DNA from: an uncultured Candidatus Peribacteria bacterium
GTDB lineage: Bacteria > Patescibacteriota > Gracilibacteria > UBA1369 > LOWO2-01-FULL-3
DNA length: 63,561 nt
NCBI GenBank assembly: GCA_964406295.1
Contig: CAYORB010000002.1
Location: forward strand, 658-64,218
Direction: 5' to 3'
Shown: one piece after another, positions 56,351 to 63,561 of the stretch
How the letters are laid out: the number at the start of each line of letters is the position of its first letter
Position numbering within the stretch: position 1 is the stretch's first letter
Made by a program: the position numbers and the translations under genes
The notes under the pieces: model-generated
The model's input: only the letters and a program-made list of their open reading frames with translations
Database searches by the model: none
Told to the model about the DNA's origin: nothing

Positions 56351-57727
56351 ATGCGAAAATATGCTAGAATTACTCAGATGAAACCAACTTCACTAGAAAT
56401 CATCGAAATACTAAAAAAAGCTGGACACCAGGCATATTGGGCTGGTGGATGTGTTCGTGATATGCTTTTGGGAACTAAACCAAAAGATTTTGATATAGTG
56501 ACTTCAGCTAAACCTGATGAAATAGAACAACTTTTAGATCATACTATTCCAATTGGTAAGAAATTTGGTGTAATTTTAGCGATAAAGAACGGTCACCACT
56601 TTGAAGTAGCAAGCTTTCGATCTGATTCAGGATATTCAGATGGCAGAAGGCCGGATGCGGTGGAGTTTACTTCAGCAAAGGAGGATGCTTTTCGTAGAGA
56701 CTTTACGATCAACGCTCTTTTTTATGATCCTGATGCAGATAAAGTAATAGACTACACCAATGGGGAAGTGGATATGAGAGATGGATTGATACGATTTATA
56801 GGCAATCCCGAAGAACGCATTTTAGAAGATCATTTACGTATTTTACGTGCTGTGCGTTTCAAGAATAGTTTAAATTTTCAATATCATCCGGACACATATA
56901 CTGCTATCAAAAAGCATGTAGATTTGATAACAAAAATTTCAACAGAAAGGATACGTGATGAACTTATAAAAATGATTATGGGAGATAATCCGGGGCAGGC
57001 TTTTGAAGAATTATTTGAGATAGGAGCCTTGGAACTACTTATACCTGAGCTAACTAAAATGAAAGGTTTGGCTCAACCTCTGCAATATCACCAGGAAGGG
57101 GATGTTTGGGATCATTCGATTAGGGCTTTAGAAGCTTTGACAAACGAGGATGATGATCCAAATCCTTTACCTGAAAAACCGCCATCTCTGGCTTTGAAAT
57201 TAGCAACATTTATGCACGACATAGGTAAATTTGATACCTTTATAGTAGATGAAAATCGTATTCGATATGACGAACATGCTTCAGTGGGTGCAAAAACAGC
57301 AGTAGAAATCCTCAAGCGTCTAAAATTTGATAAGAAGACAATCAAAAGAGTAAAATGGTTAATTGAACATCATATGATGGTTCTGCCTCTATTCAAAATG
57401 AATGAAGGTCGCCGTCGTCATTGGTTTATGCAACCAGGATTTGAAGAACTTCTTGAAGTATATAGAGCTGATGCAATGGGAATAATTCCAATGGATATTT
57501 CAATGTACGAGAAACTCAAAAAACTATATCATCATGAGATAGCAAAGCTTAAACTGATGCCTAAAAATCTGCTTAGCGGCACTGAGATTATGAAATTGCT
57601 TAAGATAGAACCAGGTAAACAAATAGGCAAGATTTTAAAAGACCTCCGCGAGAAACAACTCAACGGAGATCTTAAAACGAAAAACGAAGCAAAACTCTAT
57701 GTACAAAAGGTTTTTGGCACTATTTAA
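56351..57727 (+). CDS. cca: CCA-adding enzyme / poly(A) polymerase-family tRNA nucleotidyltransferase with an HD domain
   Basis: GGCVRDMLLG...DFDIVT, RRDFTINAL and HD region FMHDIGK. An alternative ATG lies at 56378. Confidence 0.88.
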   Translation: MRKYARITQMKPTSLEIIEILKKAGHQAYWAGGCVRDMLLGTKPKDFDIVTSAKPDEIEQLLDHTIPIGKKFGVILAIKNGHHFEVASFRSDSGYSDGRRPDAVEFTSAKEDAFRRDFTINALFYDPDADKVIDYTNGEVDMRDGLIRFIGNPEERILEDHLRILRAVRFKNSLNFQYHPDTYTAIKKHVDLITKISTERIRDELIKMIMGDNPGQAFEELFEIGALELLIPELTKMKGLAQPLQYHQEGDVWDHSIRALEALTNEDDDPNPLPEKPPSLALKLATFMHDIGKFDTFIVDENRIRYDEHASVGAKTAVEILKRLKFDKKTIKRVKWLIEHHMMVLPLFKMNEGRRRHWFMQPGFEELLEVYRADAMGIIPMDISMYEKLKKLYHHEIAKLKLMPKNLLSGTEIMKLLKIEPGKQIGKILKDLREKQLNGDLKTKNEAKLYVQKVFGTI

Positions 57728-58860
57728 ATCAACTTCTTCTTCTTCATCATCTTGAAATAATCCAGTTTAGTTACCACAACAGTACCTACTCCGATTAGGA
57801 ATAGCGCTATATTTATAATCCAACCAATAAAAGGAATCATTCCCACCAAATAATAGGCAAATAATATAAGAGTAAGTACAGAGAAAAGTTTAGTAACAGA
57901 TACTTTTCTTTTATAATTCAAAAAATAACTACCAATCCAAGCACAAGTAAAAATCTTCGCTAAATAAACAACAATAATCATCAACGACATCAATATCAAA
58001 GCAAAAGGAATCCCTACGATAGTTATCATCAAAATGATAAATCCAATAAACGCAGCTATTACAGTTAATAATCCAATTCCAAAAGATCTAAGAACATTTT
58101 CATTAGCAAGTTTCCCACCATTTATAAGCATTTTTGGCATAAGCAATACCATGAACACCATCAATAAAACAGCAGCTAGAAAATTAACAAATTTTTCTAA
58201 CAGAAAGAAATATGTCAATTCTTCTACAACATTCTCTTTCTCAAATGCATTAAAAGATGTTTCACCTTTAACAACTCCACTTGGAACATTTCCTTCAATC
58301 AAAGCTGAGTATTTCAAATTTCCACCAATATAAGCATTTTCATCAATATCAATAGTATCTTCAACAGTGATCATGATATTTCTTTCAACAACTCCGTTTA
58401 AAATAAAAGCTCCAATACCACCACGGACATCTTCAAGCACTTTTCCATCAATAGTCAGTACACCAGTTCCAGCAAGTACACTTCCACCAATAACAGAATC
58501 TCTACTGATATCAATCTGTCCACCAGCACCAACAACATCATCCCCAACATTTCCATTAATCATAATCTGTCCACCTAAAACCCTTATGTCACCTGTGACA
58601 TTCCCGTTTACAGTGACCTTACCACCACCAACAACTAAATCTTCTAATATATTTCCATTTACAGTAACTTGGCCACCAGTGATATACAGATCTCCATTTA
58701 TATCAGCATCAATATCAGCTTTTGCTGCCATAACATAGGCATCATCCAATAAAGTTTCTTTAATTTCGAAATTCTCTCCTACTTGTAAAGTAACAGCATA
58801 AGTCGGAATGCTGGTGATCAAAAACAGCCCACCAAAGAACAGTGATAAAAATTTTTTCAT
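57724..58860 (-). CDS. exported beta-helix repeat (bactofilin/polymer-forming-like) protein with a polytopic C-terminal membrane anchor
   Basis: Signal peptide MKKFLSLFFGGLFLITSIPTYA (the track start 58893 lies 11 codons upstream). Repeats follow with a period of about 20 aa (GGQVTVNGNILEDLVVGGGKVTVNGNVTGDIRVLGGQIMINGNVGDDVVGAGGQIDI), then 4-5 TM segments. Confidence 0.65.
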   Translation of the reverse strand: MKKFLSLFFGGLFLITSIPTYAVTLQVGENFEIKETLLDDAYVMAAKADIDADINGDLYITGGQVTVNGNILEDLVVGGGKVTVNGNVTGDIRVLGGQIMINGNVGDDVVGAGGQIDISRDSVIGGSVLAGTGVLTIDGKVLEDVRGGIGAFILNGVVERNIMITVEDTIDIDENAYIGGNLKYSALIEGNVPSGVVKGETSFNAFEKENVVEELTYFFLLEKFVNFLAAVLLMVFMVLLMPKMLINGGKLANENVLRSFGIGLLTVIAAFIGFIILMITIVGIPFALILMSLMIIVVYLAKIFTCAWIGSYFLNYKRKVSVTKLFSVLTLILFAYYLVGMIPFIGWIINIALFLIGVGTVVVTKLDYFKMMKKKKLI

Positions 58861-58896
58861 GGAAAAAGGATTAAGATAAAACAATCCTACCACAAT

Positions 58897-60282
58897 CTAT
58901 CTTTCTAATAAACATACGTTCTCGACATGATAAGTATGAGGGAACATATCTACCGGTTGAACTTTTTTCACTTTATATCCATATTCAGCAAAGAACTGAC
59001 AATCTCTAGCTAAGGTAGCTGGATTACAGGAAACATATATAATTTGATTACAATCAAAGTCATTTATTTTATTAATCATCTTACCTGTAAGTCCAGCACG
59101 TGGAGGATCTACAACAATCAAAGAAGGTCTTTCTTTCATAGTATGTAAAACCTTGCCTACATCACCTAGGAAGAAATCAGCGTTGAATATTTTATTTTTT
59201 AAAGCATTTTCTCTTGCAGCGATCACAGCTGATTCATTTAGTTCAACTCCAAGAACACCTTCAACATGCTTAGCTAAAAACAGCCCAATAGTTCCAGTTC
59301 CACAGAACAAATCAAAGACTAACTTTTGTGGCTTGTTTAGGGCCATTTCTAGAACCTGACTATACAGAATTTCTGCTTGTAAAGTATTCACTTGGAAAAA
59401 AGATTGTGGACGAATATCGAAACTCAATTTTTCTTCACCAATATGCATTTCTTCATGCAAAGCCGCCTTACCATGCAATAATTTTTCAACAACTTTTCTC
59501 GGTTGACCTCTCTTGCTAATATCTTTAATCCAATAAATTGAAACTATTTTCTGATCACCAGTATCAATTTCCATCAACATTTTCACAAATTTCTCAATCC
59601 CTTCATCAAAATCTTCAGGTAAATCATCTGACGTTTTTAAATTAATCATCACTTCATTTGTTCTCTTGCCTTCTCGTATGAATATTCCTTTCAAAAAACC
59701 TTCACCACAAGAATATTTAAATGGAGGCCAAGTCAAAGCTCTCATAAATTCTCTGATTTCGTTCAGGATTTTATAAGACACTTCAGACTGCAGATGACAT
59801 TCTTCCAAATCCATAATATCAAATCGTCTTCCAGGAACATGCATTCCCAAAGTGAAATTCATATCAGCATCATAACCAAAAGAAAACTCCATTTTATTCC
59901 TATAATAAAACTGATTTTGGCAGGGGATTACGTCTTCAACTGGAGCATCAGAAATTCTGCCTATGCGCTCAAAAGCATCAATCACAGCTTTCTTTTTGAA
60001 CTCTAATTGTTGTTCATATGGTATGAATTGCATCTGACAACCACCACAAATTCCAGAATATTTACATTTAGCCTTAACCCTATCTGGAGATTCTTTTACA
60101 AATTCAACTAAATCAGCTTCCATAAATTGTTTCTTTATTCTGGTTAGTGAAACTTTAACTATATCACCAGGCATAGTTTTTTTCACAAAAACAGCAATGC
60201 CTTCATGTTTACCAATTCCAGCACCACCGAAAGCAAGTGTGTGAATTTCAATCTCGATAATTTCTCCTTTCTTTAACTGCAT
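58897..60282 (-). CDS. 23S rRNA (uracil-C5)-methyltransferase, RlmD/RumA family
   Basis: TRAM-like N-terminus, 4-Cys cluster (CKYSGICGGCQMQ), SAM motif DLFCGTGTIG, and the catalytic region PPRAG...YVSCNPATLARD. Confidence 0.88.
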   Translation of the reverse strand: MQLKKGEIIEIEIHTLAFGGAGIGKHEGIAVFVKKTMPGDIVKVSLTRIKKQFMEADLVEFVKESPDRVKAKCKYSGICGGCQMQFIPYEQQLEFKKKAVIDAFERIGRISDAPVEDVIPCQNQFYYRNKMEFSFGYDADMNFTLGMHVPGRRFDIMDLEECHLQSEVSYKILNEIREFMRALTWPPFKYSCGEGFLKGIFIREGKRTNEVMINLKTSDDLPEDFDEGIEKFVKMLMEIDTGDQKIVSIYWIKDISKRGQPRKVVEKLLHGKAALHEEMHIGEEKLSFDIRPQSFFQVNTLQAEILYSQVLEMALNKPQKLVFDLFCGTGTIGLFLAKHVEGVLGVELNESAVIAARENALKNKIFNADFFLGDVGKVLHTMKERPSLIVVDPPRAGLTGKMINKINDFDCNQIIYVSCNPATLARDCQFFAEYGYKVKKVQPVDMFPHTYHVENVCLLER

Positions 60283-60318
60283 AGTGCAGCGGAGCTTAAC
60301 AGAGCTGTATTAAAAAGT

Positions 60319-61176
60319 CTACTGAGTATCTTCTGAACCGTGTTTCACACCAGCTGAAGTTTCAGCTTGTATACTTTCTGGAGTTTCTTCAGTTTTTCCC
60401 ATTTCAGGATTTAAAAGTGTGTCATCAAGTTGTAATTGAACATCATCTTTGATAGTAGCAATCGGAGTAGTGGATTCTTGATGTCCAGGCCTAAGTTCAG
60501 CTGGTTTTACAACCCATTCTCCTTCATGTCCTTCACTAACAAAATTTAATTCAGGGAAAATTTTTCTAAAACTTTCAAGTGCCGCTTGTGAATCTTCAGG
60601 ACTTGGATGAGCACCAGCCTTAGATAATTGATGCATTGCATAAATTCCATCGAAATCACGGGCATAATACATTTCATAAATTGTTTCAACATTAGAATCA
60701 CATTCTTCAGCAAAAGAAATCATTTCCTGTGCATCATAAATAGTCTCAAAACCATTAGGGAAAAATGTAGCAGTCATGGCATCAAGAAGATCCTCTTGCA
60801 TCATATCCTTATCTTGGTGCAACAATTCATGTGCGATCGCTGAAGCCATTCTAGCTGCAGGATGCATAAAAACAATAGGATCAACTTCTACATGCGCCTC
60901 ATGAGCTTCACCAATAATATTCCCATCCATTGTTTTAAAATGGATTTTGCTTAAATCCATATCAACCTTATCTCCACATTTTTGCTGAACAAGCGCAATA
61001 GAGGTTTTTAGAACTTCAGAGGCTTTTGCAGCATCAACTTCTCGTCCTCCAATCATGGTTTTTTCACCAACACTTATTCCAGCTAATTGTTCCCCTGCAT
61101 CAGAGGCTTTTGTTATTTCATTCATTGTGAAATTATAACACAAAAGCGACTGAAGAGCAAATGCTGAGACTTCCAA
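60319..61176 (-). CDS. orphan protein with an HExxH motif (possible zinc metallopeptidase)
   Basis: AIAHELLHQDKD is the only HExxH. No signal peptide. Acidic C-terminal tail. An alternative start (MNEITK) lies at 61125. Confidence 0.55.
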   Translation of the reverse strand: MEVSAFALQSLLCYNFTMNEITKASDAGEQLAGISVGEKTMIGGREVDAAKASEVLKTSIALVQQKCGDKVDMDLSKIHFKTMDGNIIGEAHEAHVEVDPIVFMHPAARMASAIAHELLHQDKDMMQEDLLDAMTATFFPNGFETIYDAQEMISFAEECDSNVETIYEMYYARDFDGIYAMHQLSKAGAHPSPEDSQAALESFRKIFPELNFVSEGHEGEWVVKPAELRPGHQESTTPIATIKDDVQLQLDDTLLNPEMGKTEETPESIQAETSAGVKHGSEDTQ

Positions 61177-61205
61177 AGTTCCAGAGATATTTCCAGAGGC
61201 TCAGT

Positions 61206-63284
61206 CTAAACTTCATCGAAAGTTTCTCTGAAAAACCATTTGATAACTTTCCAATTATCATTACGTGGAGACAAGGTATAAGCGTGATTTTCGTTTGCAC
61301 AACCAGGATCAGGCTCACCAGCAGCTTCTGCTTGAGCCATCAATTCATTGCAATTTTCTTTAGTAATATATGGTGGTACATAGAGTACGTTGGCTGAAGA
61401 TAAAACATCATTAGAAACAATTTCATAGTTTTGGTAGCGGAAATAGTAGGCCAGCGCTTCATCCATTTTTATATCTGTTTCAGTTTTTTCTAATACTGAT
61501 TTGATTATAGAATAAATAGTATCTGCATCACCAAAACCAAAGTTACGAGCTTTTGATTGTAAAGCTTGAAGTATCATCTGCTGTCTCTCAGCTCTGGCAA
61601 AATCAGAGGAAGTATGACGGGTTCTCGCAAGTCGTAGGGCTTCTTTTCCACCTAGGTGGTAGTCGCCAGGAGGATAATTGAGAGTACCTTCAACACCATT
61701 ATCTATAGTACGATAAGTAGGATCCACAACAGCTTTTTCCAGACTGATATCAATTCCACCAATTAAATCAACGACTTCAATAAAAGCGTACATATCTATT
61801 AAAATATATTTATCCAACTCATATCCAGTGATATCACTTAGCACTTTTTTCAATTCAAGCATTCCGTATAAATTGGCAAGAGCATTAATTTTGCGTCCCT
61901 TGTACCAAAGATCACGCGGTATACTTATCATCTTAATTTTCTGAGTTTCCTCATTAATATGCGCAAAAATCATAGTATCGATCAGACTACCATGCTTACC
62001 AGCTATCAAAATATTAAAAGTACCGTTTTCCGTCTCAGAATTATTATAATTCGGAATATATTCAGGGATTTCTAAAGTTTTTTTTTTGAACTCAGGATCA
62101 AAGAACAAAATATTTTCTGAATTAGTACCATCAGGCTGCACTATATTAATAACCCCCGTTGTTTTTTCCACAACCAAAGAACTAACATGTACATCATTCA
62201 TATTATAAATATCAAAATACATACGTTCATCATCTTCACGAACATCATCAGAAATATACAAACCATTATCATCCAATAATAACTGAAACCCCGGATCATT
62301 TAAAGTTTTCTTCATAGATTTAAGTGAATCATAAGCTTTTTTCTCAACCAAAGTTTGTGTATCAAGTCTATCAATAAATGCTAAAATATCCGCCCCAAAT
62401 TTTTCTGTATTTTTAGAATTAGAATTATTAGTAAGATCAATCAAACTAACCACAAGTGACGCTTTATCCAATAATATTTCTCCAATTATTTCACCATTTT
62501 GATTAAAAATACGCCAATTTTCATCAATTGAAATATTTAATGATTTCATTTTATTAATCACCAAATCATGAGTAAGAACTGTAACAATTTTTGATTCTAT
62601 TTCAGCAACATCAGCCAAATATTCTTGTAAACTAACTTTATTTTCACTTAAAAATTTAACTGTTTGATCATAAAAACTATTAAAACTCAAAGGGCTCAAT
62701 TTTTCTTTAGATTTAATAGTTTTCCTATATAGATGAGCATCAATAAGATCTAAATAGAAAGTTAAAATTAATTTTTCATTTTCATCAATAACCTGCAATT
62801 CCCAAGCTTCAGCAGTTTTTTTGATATCTGAAAGTGTCAAACCACCTTGTTTTAAGAATGCTATGAATTTTTCAGATCCACTTAGTTGATTTAAAAGACC
62901 TGTATTCAAATTCATTCTTTTAGAAAGTCTTTGATTCACTGCCAGGTAATCAATGTATTTAAACAGCGCTAACTGAACCATATCGTTATTTTTGTCACTG
63001 TTTTCTAGAGTGGCAGGGGAGTCTAAGTTTGTGTAGGTTGCTGTCGGTAGGCGTAAAAATTGCCGAACTTCATTTAAATCCTCCCCTATATTCATATAGG
63101 TTTGACGCATATCACCAACTTCAGAAATCAAAGAAGTATCATTATCTTTAAGACGTGAAAAAGTACCAATTGTTCTGTGAATTTGAATAAAATTGAACAA
63201 AAAGAAAAAAATAACTATTCCCCAAAAAATATTTTTTTTCGTAAGAAATTTCATTATTTTTTCTTTATAGCTAAGACCAAACAT
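61206..63284 (-). CDS. LytR-CpsA-Psr (LCP) family cell-wall glycopolymer transferase with a ~400-aa N-terminal extension
   Basis: N-terminal TM (IFWGIVIFFFLFNFIQI). The LCP core lies in the C-terminal third (FNILIAGKHGSLIDTMIFAHINEETQKIKMISIPRDLW, GGIDISLEKAV, LRLARTRHTSSDFARAERQQMILQAL). Confidence 0.85.
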   Translation of the reverse strand: MFGLSYKEKIMKFLTKKNIFWGIVIFFFLFNFIQIHRTIGTFSRLKDNDTSLISEVGDMRQTYMNIGEDLNEVRQFLRLPTATYTNLDSPATLENSDKNNDMVQLALFKYIDYLAVNQRLSKRMNLNTGLLNQLSGSEKFIAFLKQGGLTLSDIKKTAEAWELQVIDENEKLILTFYLDLIDAHLYRKTIKSKEKLSPLSFNSFYDQTVKFLSENKVSLQEYLADVAEIESKIVTVLTHDLVINKMKSLNISIDENWRIFNQNGEIIGEILLDKASLVVSLIDLTNNSNSKNTEKFGADILAFIDRLDTQTLVEKKAYDSLKSMKKTLNDPGFQLLLDDNGLYISDDVREDDERMYFDIYNMNDVHVSSLVVEKTTGVINIVQPDGTNSENILFFDPEFKKKTLEIPEYIPNYNNSETENGTFNILIAGKHGSLIDTMIFAHINEETQKIKMISIPRDLWYKGRKINALANLYGMLELKKVLSDITGYELDKYILIDMYAFIEVVDLIGGIDISLEKAVVDPTYRTIDNGVEGTLNYPPGDYHLGGKEALRLARTRHTSSDFARAERQQMILQALQSKARNFGFGDADTIYSIIKSVLEKTETDIKMDEALAYYFRYQNYEIVSNDVLSSANVLYVPPYITKENCNELMAQAEAAGEPDPGCANENHAYTLSPRNDNWKVIKWFFRETFDEV

Positions 63285-63437
63285 TTAGAGCGATTTAGTG
63301 GGAAGAGTGAGGACATTTTATGAAAAATCCAGGTTAATTGCAAACCAAAAGCTTGTAATTTTCTACTTGCAATTTTTTATCGTGTCAGTTAAATTTTTAC
63401 GGCAGTCAGATACTGACTAAAAAGTCTTTGAAAACTA

Positions 63438-63512
<75 letters not shown>

Positions 63513-63516
63513 AAAA

Positions 63517-63537
63517 GCCCAGAGAAGGGCATTTTTT
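63517..63537 (+). terminator. weak terminator-like hairpin after tRNA-Gly
   Basis: GCCC (63517-63520), loop AGAGAA, GGGC (63527-63530), then ATTTTTT. The stem is only 4 bp. Confidence 0.35.
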
Positions 63538-63561
63538 AATTCAATTGCAAAAATATCTCAA

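Overview
This is an AT-rich, tightly packed bacterial chromosomal window with about 42 protein genes and one tRNA. It uses the standard genetic code: TGA serves as a stop at miaA (42611-42613) and at 16404-16406, and very long ORFs run uninterrupted.

Recognisable housekeeping genes, called from motifs I can read directly, are thrS, recF, uvrA, rplJ-rplL, miaA, mazG-like, recJ, a DHH/NrnA-like phosphoesterase, yebC, malic enzyme, hisS, tsaD, cca, rlmD/rumA-like, an LCP-family enzyme and tRNA-Gly(UCC).

The standout region is a 23-kb co-directional minus-strand module (15277-38536), bounded by a promoter plus terminator at one end and a bidirectional terminator at the other. It encodes a reduced type IV pilus-like set: two bitopic membrane proteins, a PilB ATPase, a PilC platform and one prepilin. 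Next comes a 4607-aa secreted multidomain giant protein with SLH-like wall-anchor modules. It ends with four translationally coupled small secreted orphan proteins that share a C-terminal motif.

Other accessory content:
- Three more SLH-domain surface proteins, one carrying four DUF333-like Cys repeats.
- An exported beta-helix repeat membrane protein.
- Two large cytoplasmic orphan proteins (>=1102 aa and 1251 aa).
- A roughly 280-bp helically phased iteron-like repeat array upstream of an excisionase-family HTH gene and an unannotated 57-aa zinc-ribbon ORF.
- A GC-rich palindromic 15-mer that occurs twice, each time directly after a stop codon.

The envelope genes (SLH, LCP, no secretin) and the gene compaction fit a monoderm-like, possibly CPR/Patescibacteria-type organism, but that is inference only. 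No homology search or structure prediction was run. All calls come from reading the sequence and the supplied ORF translations.
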